This document shows, in pieces, positions 24,374 to 35,836 of a stretch of 64,000 nt of DNA (positions within the stretch are counted from its first letter, which is position 1; the number at the start of each line of letters is the position of its first letter). This DNA comes from Rhizodiscina lignyota (taxonomy: Eukaryota). The position numbers were made by a program, and so were the translations under genes. The notes under the pieces are model-generated. The model did no database searches. It worked only from the letters and a program-made list of their open reading frames with translations, and was not told the DNA's origin. Location: the NCBI GenBank assembly GCA_010015805.1, contig ML978126.1, forward strand, positions 868,001-932,000. Reading direction: 5' to 3'.

Positions 24374-25067
24374 AATTAATTAGGAGATGCCACATTCAAG
24401 TCAGTAACAATTGGGAATTTGGGAGCGTAGTGTCCCGCCAAGATAGAGAGCTTCTTGCTTCATATATCAAAGGCTGTCGAGCTGTAGTTTACGGATTTAT
24501 TAGAAGTCGGTGATCCGGAGTCATTGACTCCACACAGCTATTTACCTCATCTAGCTAGCCTAAAGCATTCATTCTAGGACTGAACGGCGTGATCACGATT
24601 GGTTAGCTCGTTCGTTAGGAGCACAGCTGTAATGGCCGTGGTCCCTCGGGCTGATATGCTGGCTCGGAAGAACAAGTATGACAGAAGCTGGAGGCCGGAG
24701 TGGAAAAAGGGGTGCAGTGCATTTCCTGGGATTTGCTGGCATCCTCTACTAATAATTCCCTTCTAATTGATATAGTATTAACAGACGTATCACAAATGAT
24801 TTTGGTGAAGTAAATGTATCACTATTTTGACATGTGAATGATGGTTGTTAAGGGAGGGTTATCAGGAGATGGGCGGTGACGTCGGCGCTAGAAATTTACT
24901 CCCAACATTTCGCGCAGCTCCATAAACGACACGTCGACCTCGACAATCGCGCCTTCTTTTGAGTGTGGAACAACTCGAAAGATGTCCAAACGTGAGATCT
25001 TGCAATTTATACCTTTTCAGTCACCATGACGCGCTCTCTACCATGATATTACGTTTCCACAGGCAGC

Positions 25068-28000
25068 ATGTCCTCTAGCACCAATCTCGACGTGCCTCCC
25101 GCTCCGCAACAGCTCGAAGAAAGCATCGTCCAAGATGAAGAGGATGAGAGCGGCCCGAACGCAGATGCTTTACGGCTGCTCTCACGGTCACCGCATCCTT
25201 ACGCCTTTCATCGCTCTAGTAGCGCAGAGTTTGATGCATCCGCAGCACCAGATCGCAATAACTCCCCGTCACAAACCGATTCGACTTCCGAAGCTCGACT
25301 TGCCCCGAAAGACTACCATAATAGCTATCTGAAACCCTCACTAAGTCGAGTTCGAACCAATGGAAGCTCTGCGACCCTCAAAACTCCCAGTGAAAGCGGC
25401 ACCGAGGCCGACGACGAAAGCTACGGTTATGGCTTCGTGCGCGCCCTTCCAGCGCCTCCACTGCGTCCGAACAAAGGCCTTCGCCGCTCTGTGGATCATA
25501 GTAGCTTTGATGGGGCGCGTAGGAGTAGCGAAGACATAAGAGCAGAAGCTAGTCCGTGGCTCACACCATCACAATTGCTGGACGAGGATGAGAGAGCGCG
25601 GCATGGCAGCGACTACTTCACAAGTTCAAGGGGTGTCAGGAAGAGAGGAACGGCTAAACCAAGGAAAGGCGCGGATACCACTAGTGCGGAAGAAGAAGCG
25701 AGAGTTGCAAGGGAGAGGATACGCAAGAAGAAGAGAGCAGAGCTCATACGGCGGTCAGTGGAGATGATGCTGCTGGGGATCATTGGTTCTGCGGTGATGG
25801 GACAACCAACTGTGAAGCCAGCAGTTATATTATGGCAACGAGGTACGCACATCCAGCACATGTTCTCATGGTCCTTTTTCTGAATGCCCATGCCTCAGAA
25901 CTCGCAAGTGGAACGGTGGTCTTGTGGGTACTGTTCGCTCTTTACCCTATTCGACTGCTCTGGTACAACTATCGAAGGGCCCATGGCAAAACAAAAAGCA
26001 TCTTCTCGTCAATACGAATACCGGTTGCTTTCGATCCCGCGCCCCTCTTCTATCCAACAACAATACCGGTGCTGGTGGCTGCGTCACTCATACCCTCTTC
26101 GACTAAATATCTCTTGCCAAATATTGTTCTGTCGCTGGCTGCACTTCCTCTGCAAGTTATACCTCTTGCATACGTCTCTGGCATCCGGAATATGTCCCAT
26201 TGGTTCATCAGTCTCGTGCCACTCATGATTTCTCAGAACACCGCAATTCCATCAAAATTAGCGGCGACAATGCCTTACAATCTCAAGGCTTCTCCTGATG
26301 ACTCTGTTTCTCCAGAAATCATCGCCTCTCTCTACGCTCTTCATCATGCGCTTCTTGGCCCCTTACAGTTCGTCACGAGTACGAGTTTGCTGCCATCGGA
26401 ATTGCACCTTCTATCAATTGCTCTCATAAACTTGTTGCTATTCTCCAAATCACCACAGGCGCTTATCCTTGATATACTACTGTGGTTTGGAGGAGTCACA
26501 CTTTTCGTCACATGTGGACATGTGATCAGATGGGGTATCGCACTGGCCCGAATTCCTAAGTGGAGGCTGAGACGAGCTGGAAGGATTGTTGGGATGGGAT
26601 CCTCTTTCATTTCAGCTTTGAATGATGCACTCATCGCCAAAAACAAGCATCTTAAAGATCACAGAGATTCCTACCATTCATCAGACACAGAACCCGAGGA
26701 CGATGTTGCACAACCAAGGAATGGCCTCTCCAAGCTTGACGCACTCAAGGCAGAGCTCTTGAGCGCACTGAAAACTAATCTCCTCTCAGGAGAAGAAGAA
26801 GGGGAGGTGAAATCAGCTGTTGAATCTTCAGGAATTGGAACAACGACTCTTGATCCGACTGCGGCGGCAAGCCTGAGAAAGCGGAGGAATACCCTCCCAA
26901 TCCTCAGTAGACAGAATTCGAAGGAAGAACCTCCGAGTAGGTCTAATCAAGTCCGCCGAAGGCGCAAGCGCTCGTCAATTGTGGAATATTTCCTCTCACT
27001 CACCCCAGAACAAGCTGCAGTTCGAAAGTGGTATTACGCTGGATACGTCTATGCGATGATCCTAGCGATTATTCTGGGACCGATTCGCTCTTTGGTTGCA
27101 TCCTATGCGCTCAACGGCTACGAACCTTTTGGATGGGCCATTAGCTACCTCTTCGGCAACGTACCCGCTCTTCGGTTTGCAACTGTGCAGCATGACCTTG
27201 AATCTTGGATACCACTGCCGCCACTGGGAGATGCATCTTCATCTACTCACATTCCGTTTCCGCGTGGAATTGTCGATATGCTGCTCACCAATCTTGGGCT
27301 CTCTCCGGGACCGGCGACAACCCGCTTGCTCCTTACCCTTTACTGTGGACTTGTCATGTCCGTTGGCATCATCACCGTTCTGCTTCTTTCGCCTTTTATA
27401 GAAGTAGACACAAGGCGCAAGGTCTTCCATTTCACTATGGTGGCTCTCTTGCTGCCGGCCATCGCGGTCGACCCTTGCTTCATTTCTCTTGCACTTGCCC
27501 TCGTCCTGGCCATCTTTCTCCTACTGGAGTTGCTCCGTGCAAGCCAACTTCCTCCGTTGAGCAAACCAATTGCGATCTTTTTAGCGCCATACGTCGATGG
27601 TCGCGATCTCAGAGGCCCAGTGGTCGTATCTCACATTTTTCTCCTTATCGGCTGTGCGATACCCCTATGGCTGTCTATGGCTGGCGTCGAACGAGCGCCT
27701 ACGAGTGACGAGGATGCGTGGAAGGGCTGGAGTACGCAAGAGCGAAACCTCAGCATGCTCTCTGGCGTCATTTGTGTCGGCCTCGGCGATGCTTTCGCAA
27801 GTCTCGTTGGTCGACGCTTCGGTCGGCACAAGTGGCCATGGGCAGGTGGCAAGAGTTTAGAAGGCAGCGCGGCCTTCGCTACCGCCGTCGTCGGTGGGCT
27901 TATCATCGGCAAAGGGCTGCTTAACCTGGTTCTGGAAGGCCGGTTGATCGTGAACGATGCCGGTGGAGCTGTTTTCACTATCACGAAAGCGGCAATTGCA

Positions 28001-28102
28001 GGCTCTGGCGCGAGCCTGATGGAGGCGGTCTTGACAGGTGGTAATGATAATGTGATTGTGCCGGTGGTACTGTGGTTGCTTGTCAGGGCTGTTGGGCTGT
28101 GA
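25068..28102 (+). CDS. SEC59: Dolichol kinase (exons 25068-25842, 25899-28102)
   Basis: Motifs EVDTRRKVFHF, VDGRDLRGPVVVSHIFLLIGCAIPLWL, GVICVGLGDAFASLVGRRFGRHKW..GKSLEGS and GGNDNVIVP. Intron 25843-25898. Confidence 0.9.
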
Positions 28103-28251
28103 TTTGATTGTTTTCGTTCTGCATAGCGCGGCGTCGGGCATAGAGGAGGGAATACAAGACGCCGGTCACGCTTCTCAATTTTGGTTCTCCACTTTGAGGT
28201 ACAGGCTCTGGATGAGCTTTCCGTCACAGTCATAGACCTAGCTAATCGCCA

Positions 28252-29691
28252 ATGGCAAGGATGTCTTTCACACCTAAATGTGTAACAGTGATTTGCCATT
28301 TCAGCCTATCACAAATCCACTTGCCCGTGTTTCATCAAACCTGTGTAGTCAACGAGCTAGACGGTCAGCAAGATACGGCAGTTATTCCCCCATCGACGGA
28401 GCCCTCCGAAGCATCTTTCGGGCGTCGGACGAGCCGGAAAGCGCACGCCGGAAACATCTGTCCTGTGAGGAGTGGGTAGCAGCAAAGGAGAAGTCATGCG
28501 AGCTGTTGTATAGGATTGATCTGTGCCAGTATGAACCCAATAAGAACGAGACCGACCTTGGGGACATTCTTGAGAGCCTTGGTAGGGCGTTAATAAAGAG
28601 AAGCGCTCATCCGAGGGAGTTGGATATGATGTACTGGCCTTGAATATTGCGTTTGATCATCCGGTCCGCATGCTCTTGTTAGAGGATGCAAAGCCGTTTC
28701 ATATCTATGGCATTGGCAAATTGCTCCCGCCTGGTGAGAAACCTGAGCTTCCGATAATTAAGGCATATTGTTGGCAGTCGGGCTTGTTGGACATTGAGGC
28801 AAATGAAATATTATTATTGGGCTGATTGCATTGCCCAAGCGTACATAATCCAGTCCAATGAAATATGCACCGAAGACGAATTCCAGCCCCTGCAAGGTAT
28901 ATAGCAAGTCGAAATGTACAGACACTACCACTAGAAATTTCAATATACTTTCTCTTACAGAACAAGTTCGACATTTTGCCGATAACAAAATGAGTGATTG
29001 CGCTACTTTGGGCACAACCAAATCCCTAAGGCCAGTCGTTGAAGAGACGGAGAGCCTGCCACCGTCGTTATTCCTGAAGGCTAGGATCCACGACTGGCTC
29101 CAAAACATCGAGTCAGATCTAGATGAGCATGGTTGGCCCATTGGAATTGTTGAACAAAAAGAGCAAGGCAGTTCCGCAAGCCAGGACGGAATGGCGGCAG
29201 AGCGAGTTGACATGACCGATGCGCTTCTCCGGTTGCAAGAATATCATTTGACTGACGATCGAAAGAAAACAGAGTGGGCTGCGTCAGGGGCAGGTCCTGA
29301 CGCGCTAAAGGCAAGTTCTCACACTAGAGCCTGGAGATTTTATAATCAGGCTCGATGCAACAGAATCCGCTCTGATATGAAGGTATAGATTTCAACTGAA
29401 GAATTCGGAAAGAGGTTGCTTACCAAGCTTGCTAGAGACATCCTAGCAGGCGACTTGGATGCTTTGGGTGTCAATGAACGGATGATTTATATAAATAGCC
29501 AACTAAATCTGGATGTTAAGATAGAGATGCCGGGTGGTGTTGCCGATCACCACGAGATAGATTCCGTCTCTGTTCCCACTCAGCCTCGGAATAGGACCTC
29601 ATTGCAGAAACCAACATCGAAGATAGTGAAAGAAGTAAAAAGAAAAGGGAAACAGCTCATAAACAGCATTGGTGAGCAAATCGGTCTCTGA
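28252..29691 (+). pseudogene. Probable decayed gene of unknown family
   Basis: A chain of co-oriented, abutting protein-like ORFs (28278-28643, 28640-28825, 28858-29388, 29416-29691). The last two share a frame and are split only by TAG 29386-29388. I found no splice signals that repair the chain. Confidence 0.35.
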
Positions 29692-30044
29692 CAATCTGTT
29701 CCGCGTAACCTATGGATGGTTCGTTCATCCTGTTCGTTACGACATCCTCAAACGGGCGGACTGCTTTCATCTGGCAAGTTCGGAAATGAACTGAACAGCC
29801 CGTCTTCCCTGGTAGCGACGGAAGACCGGGAGGACTGACTTGCGTTGTATATAGAAGAGAGAAAGAGAGGTGAAGTCGCGATGAAAACCTCTGTTTAGCC
29901 CCATTGGGTTGGTCTGTGCGGGAGCTGCATAGCTCGGAATTAGGTCTTGCTAGTCGCATGACAAGCTCCTTCCACATTCTCAATTGACAGTCTGACGACG
30001 GCCGCTGCCTCTCCTTCTTTCCCTCGTTGCTGTGCTGCCATTCG

Positions 30045-33000
30045 ATGCCTTGTCTACAGGCTCGTTTTCCTTCCTTGCTCAGTGGCAGCCTCACACGATC
30101 AATCACTGTTCCGCGGACCTCTCACTTTTCAAACCGTCAACTTCTGACCTCTACGAGCTTTTCGAGGCTTTCCAAGCGTAGTTGCGGCATCTCCACAACT
30201 TCTGGTCTTCGACTATACAGCTCTCTGACCCTCTATCAAAGTCAGAAACGTTCTGGGGACGTCGTCAACCGTCACGCGAATCGCTCGAATTCTTGTCAAT
30301 ACAAACGGACAGGCGTTAGATATTGCTCTCATCGGCGCAATATGTGTAGATACAATGCAGAGGTTGAGGCCACGTCAATAGACGTGGCGAAGGGTAGAGA
30401 AGTGCTGCCCAAGAACGTGAAGCCTCTTCACTATCATCTCACTCTCGAGCCCAACTTCGAAACCTTCGAATATGAGGGTAAAGTAACGATAGAGTAAGAT
30501 CCTACATGCATGCTCTGCATTGCAGATGTACTACAACAGTGTACAGTTGAGTTGCTGATATTGGTTAGCCTGGACGTCGTCGAAGACACCACCTCGATAT
30601 CTCTCAATACCATCGATCTCAAAATCCACTCCACCACAATCTCCTCTGGCTCGAAAGTCATCACATCGTCGCCCGAATTGACCCACAATGAAGATAAGCA
30701 AACGACCACGGTTTTCTTCAAGGACACTCTGCCGGCTGGAAGCAAGGCAACTGTCACACAGAAGTTCACCGGGATACTGAACGAAAACATGGCGGGATTC
30801 TACAGGTCCTCGTTCAAGGATAAGAATGGAAAGACTGGATACATGGCAACAACTCAGATGGAGCCTACAGATGCAAGGCGAGCATTTCCATGCTTCGATG
30901 AGCCCGCATTGAAGGCGAAATTCACTATTACACTGATAGCAGACAAGCATCTGACTTGTCTAAGCAACATGGATGTCGCATCAGAGAAAGAGGTGGATTC
31001 GGCCATGAGCAGCGGCAAGAAGAAGGCTGTTACTTTCAATGAGACACCGCTCATGTCAACATATCTCTTGGCTTTTATTGTCGGCGAACTCAACTATATC
31101 GAGACAAAAGCGTTTCGCGTGCCAATTCGTGTGTATGCACCGCCCGCCAGCGACATCGAGCATGGCCGGTTCTCCTTGGACCTTGCAGCACGGACGCTTG
31201 ATTTCTACGAGAAGAAGTTTGCAAGCGACTTTCCCCTACCGAAAATGGACATGGTGGCCATTCCCGACTTTAGCGCTGGAGCTATGGAGAACTGGGGTCT
31301 GGTTACGTATCGTGTCGTTGACCTACTATTTGACCAGCAGAAGAGTGGTGCTTCGACAAAGCAGCGTGTCGCGGAAGTTGTACAGCACGAACTTGCCCAT
31401 CAATGGTTCGGCAATCTGGTCACTATGGATTTCTGGGACGGTCTGTGGCTGAATGAAGGCTTTGCAACGTGGATGTCTTGGTACTCCTGCAATGAGTTCT
31501 ATCCTGAATGGAAGGTCTGGGAAGGCTATGTCACAGACAACTTGCAAAGTGCTTTAAGTTTGGATTCTCTGAGAAGCAGTCATCCAATCGAAGTACCCGT
31601 CAAGCGCGCCGACGAGATCAACCAAATATTTGATGCCATCTCCTATTCCAAGGGATCATGTGTACTGCGCATGATCTCAAAATATCTTGGCGAAGAGACA
31701 TTCATGGAGGGTATCCGACGATATCTCAAGAAGCACGCGTATGGCAACACCCAAACAGGTGACCTCTGGGCTGCTCTGAGCGACGCTAGCGGCAAAAATG
31801 TTGACAAAGTCATGGACATCTGGACGAAGAACGTCGGCTTCCCAGTTGTGACTGTCACCGAAGACGACAAGGCTGGCTCGATCCACGTCAAGCAAAATCG
31901 CTTCTTGCGAACAGCGGATGTCAAGCCCGAAGAAGACAAAGTGCTGTATCCTGTGTTCCTTGGCTTGAGGACGAAGGATGGCGTTGCCGAAGAATTGACG
32001 TTGAACGACCGCGAAAGCAGTTACAAGGTTAAAGACCTCGACTTCTTCAAGCTGAATGCAGACCATTCTGGTATCTATCGCACATCATACAGCCCTCGTC
32101 GCTTGCAGAAGCTCGGCGAAGCAGCCAAGCAGGGCCTTCTAAGTGTCGAAGATCGCGCAGGAATGATAGCAGATGCCGGTACACTCGCAGCTGCTGGCTA
32201 TCAGAAAACTTCTGGCATTCTCTCACTACTTCAGGGTTTCAATACCGAATCCGAATACGTTGTGTGGGATGAAATGTTGACCAGAATCGCGGCGCTTAAG
32301 GCTGCGTGGATTTTCGAGGACCAGAAGGTCAAAGACGCGGTCAAGAAGTACCAACTCGAGCTCGTCGGCCAGAAGTCACATCAGCTTGGATGGGAGTTCA
32401 AAGAATCGGACGGCCATATTGAGCAACAGTTTAAGAGCTTGCTGTTCGGTAACGCGGGTCTAGCGGGCGACGAGACGATTGTCAAGGCCGCGTCCGACAT
32501 GTTCGCCAAGTTCAAGAACGGTGATAAGAGCGCAATTCATCCGAATATTCGAGGAAGTGTATATGCCATCGTGTTAACAAATGGTGGCGAGGAAGAGGTC
32601 AGTCCGATCGACCAGAAAATGGCCTGTGATATCAGTCCCTGCATGCTAACGCGAATCAGTACAATACTATTCTGAATGAGTACCGCTCGGCTTCAACCTC
32701 TGATGAGCGCAACACTGCCCTCCGATCCCTTGGCCGTGCGCGCGCTCCCGAGCTCATCAAGCGCACACTATCCCTCCCGCTCTCCCAAGAGGTCAAAGGG
32801 CAGGATATCTACCTTCCACTCGGTGGCCTCCGCACCCATCCCGGTGGCATTACTGGACTTTGGGACTGGCTGACGGAGAATTGGGCCTCGCTGGAGAAGA
32901 AACTGCCACCTGGTCTGACTATGTTGGGTACCGTGGTTAGTCTTTGCACAAGCAGCTTTACGCAAGAAAAGCAAGCAGAGATGGTGAAGACTTTCTTTGA

Positions 33001-33139
33001 GAAAGAGGTTAAAAGTACGAAAGGTTTCGATCAGTCTTTGGCGCAGAGCCAAGATGCGATCAAAGCCAAGTCGCAGTGGGTAGGACGCGATAGGGAGGAC
33101 GTAGAGAGCTGGTTGAAGGAGAAGGGGTACCTGAACTGA
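30045..33139 (+). CDS. APE2: M1-family zinc aminopeptidase (Ape2/puromycin-sensitive aminopeptidase-like); exons 30045-30493, 30569-32597, 32660-33139; second start ATG at 30342
   Basis: Motifs GREVLPKNVKPLHY, ATTQMEPTDARRAFPCFDEP, GAMENWGL, HELAHQWFGNLVTMDFWDGLWLNEGFA (HEXXH-18-E) and FDAISYSKG. Introns 30494-30568 and 32598-32659. Confidence 0.95.
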
Positions 33140-34170
33140 TTCGAATTTCGATCGGGTAAGCTGAAGCCATACTCCATAGAGACGTATACACTGTAAAGTA
33201 TAGACGCAGCATAAGTCAGATAGAAAACATGACTTCACAACAATTGTATAATGCTTTGACTACACCTTCAATCAGTCATGGGCTACGCTTGGCTCCTCGG
33301 CTCCTTGACCTTAAAGGATATACCGCAACAGACGCTTGCATTGGAACCTTCATTAAAGACCTATCGCCGTCTCCCATTCTTTTTCCCATTCTGGTTAATG
33401 AAACTCGGCCTGTCAACAGTGCGAAGCACATCTCGTGCCCAAAATGCAGTTCGAGCGATGCTGACAAACAACAAAAACGGTCAGATTAGGAAGCCATAGG
33501 TGGCCGACCATCTCAACGCCCGCCGACTTCATTCCGTTTCCGTTTCCGTCGTACGCCAATAATGCACGCCAAACTGGATGACAAACGCTGTGTTCACTTA
33601 ATTTAAATAATATCATGGTCGGTGTGTCGGGAAGAACGGTAGAATATCGCTTAAGTGCCCTTTTGCGGATGGGGTTTGCGGCTATTGGAGTCTTCACATA
33701 ATCGTCTAGGACGCCGGTCGATTAACTAGCAGCAGACTATGGAGTGCGTACAAACTGGTCTCTCGCCAGCAAAGGGAGGTCCAGCAGATCGGCCAATTAA
33801 GGGGCTCAAGATCACCCACGGCTTGGTGGCACTAACCCAGACCTTGGTTGGCTCGTTCGTTCATGAGGAACTGACCCTTTCGTGGCGTAGTCACTACCGA
33901 ATGGAATGCCTGTCATCGTTGATCTGTTGTCAATGTAAGTGACGACTATGAACCGCAAGAAATGAGCCAAGGCAAATTCAGGGACTACGATTCCTATTCG
34001 ATTTCTCAGCTCGGCCTTCGCAAGTATATGTCAGGGTTGGAACGCCATTGGAAATTGTTAATCACTTCGATTCGCACAAATAAATAGCGATTAAGTCAAG
34101 TATATTAAGTTTTGAGCAGCGAGCACCTCTCAGCCTTACACTTACATTCACAGCCGTCTCGTAATCATTA

Positions 34171-35235
34171 ATGATGAAGTCTTCACAGTCTCTTCTACTC
34201 TTCATCTTTTCCTTATTCTTCGGTACAGTGTGGAGTGTATGCTCTCACGAAGAAGAAGTCACCGAGAAATTTGACACTCTACCAGCAGCTGTCAACGCCC
34301 CGACTATCCCCCCTGAAGGCTATCTTGTGGAGGATTTTGGATCAGGCACTTATATTGTCACAGAAGGGAGTTATCAAGCGCTGTTCCTCGTCTCCACCGA
34401 AGGTGTCATTCTGATTGACGCTCCACCAACTATCGGTCATAAGATTGGTTATGCCATTGGCAACATAACGGACAAGCCGATCACCCATGTGATATACAGC
34501 CACTCGCACTCCGATCACATCGGATCCGCCTCGCTCTTCACCGGCGGCAATCGTCATGGACCGAAAGTCGAGATCATTGCGCACGAAGATACCGCGCTCA
34601 ATATCAATCAAGCACCTGACCCACAACGACCTCTCCCAACCAAAACCTTCAAGCAATATGAGATTATTCACATCGGCAACCAGACGCTTGAACTCTCATA
34701 CAAGGGCGAGAACCACGTTCGCGGCAACATCTTCATCTACATTCAAGCACCGAAAGTCCTCATGCTGGTGGACGTCATATTCCCTGGCTGGGCCCCGTTC
34801 TCAGGGCTGGCAGAGTCAACCAACATCCCCGGCTGGATCCAAGCGCACGATCAGGTGCTGAGCTACGACTTTGATCATTACGTCGGCGGACATCTTGGCC
34901 GCAGCGGGACTCGTGAAGACGTGCTCAGACAGCAAGAGTATGTCCGCGACCTATTCAACACCTGCAACGCCACAATCGCTTTGACAGGCACGGACAACCC
35001 CTTAATTGGAGCGGGACTTGTGCTGGGTACCGTATCGAAGAATAACCCTGGCAATTCTTGGGCTCAGTTTAAGGTTTACCTGGACGTCGCAGCGGAGTAT
35101 TGTGCCAACAAGACCAACGAGAAGTGGGACAGCATATTGGGCGGCACGGACGTCTTTGGCTTTGAGAATGCAATGGCAATGCTTGAGCATCTCAGACTCG
35201 ACTATAATATATTGGGACCATTTGGGACATCTTGA
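34171..35235 (+). CDS. Secreted metallo-beta-lactamase-fold hydrolase, intronless
   Basis: N-terminal signal peptide (LLLFIFSLFFGTVWS), then GVILIDAPP, the HxHxDH motif YSHSHSDHIG, ENHVRGN, LVDVIFPG and VGGHLGR. Confidence 0.88.
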   Translation: MMKSSQSLLLFIFSLFFGTVWSVCSHEEEVTEKFDTLPAAVNAPTIPPEGYLVEDFGSGTYIVTEGSYQALFLVSTEGVILIDAPPTIGHKIGYAIGNITDKPITHVIYSHSHSDHIGSASLFTGGNRHGPKVEIIAHEDTALNINQAPDPQRPLPTKTFKQYEIIHIGNQTLELSYKGENHVRGNIFIYIQAPKVLMLVDVIFPGWAPFSGLAESTNIPGWIQAHDQVLSYDFDHYVGGHLGRSGTREDVLRQQEYVRDLFNTCNATIALTGTDNPLIGAGLVLGTVSKNNPGNSWAQFKVYLDVAAEYCANKTNEKWDSILGGTDVFGFENAMAMLEHLRLDYNILGPFGTS

Positions 35236-35836
35236 GTGGGCTGCGTGTCGAGCATGAATGGGAGTTGGGAGACTGGAGCGTTGACCCAGAGTGGAGATCG
35301 CTAGTGTGGGCGGCTGGTTTAACATTCGAAAGCTTGTAAATTTGTCAGCAGGTATTCACCTGAAGTCAAAGTAGCATCCACTTAATTTAAAACATAATGA
35401 TCAGAGTTATTGAGGCCCTATGTGAGAAGGCTCTAGCCATGCTCTGTGAGTGAGTCTCCAGCTTCTCTGAGAACGGTGTAATTGATACCAAGCTGAGATC
35501 TGATGCTTTCACGGATGCTGGTCATCGAAGCGTTGCAAGCCTTGGTGAGAATGATGTAGTCAATTTCGATGTCTTTCAAAACAGTGGGAAGGTACGTACA
35601 AGCGCATACCCACTTAAGGCACCATTTATAGCTGCGTGCTAAGGTGGTAAACAACCTGGTCCAACCTTGATGAATTTTGAATGAGGGTATGAAAACAGTG
35701 TTGCTCTTCAGCCCTGTCGAGAGCATGGGTGAAAGTATAGCTCAGTACGCTTAAGTCTGAATTTGTGGAGATCGTATCACTTTAATGAGCATGATCTGCT
35801 AAATCGAAGAGACAATGTGATGTCAGGTTCAAAGAT

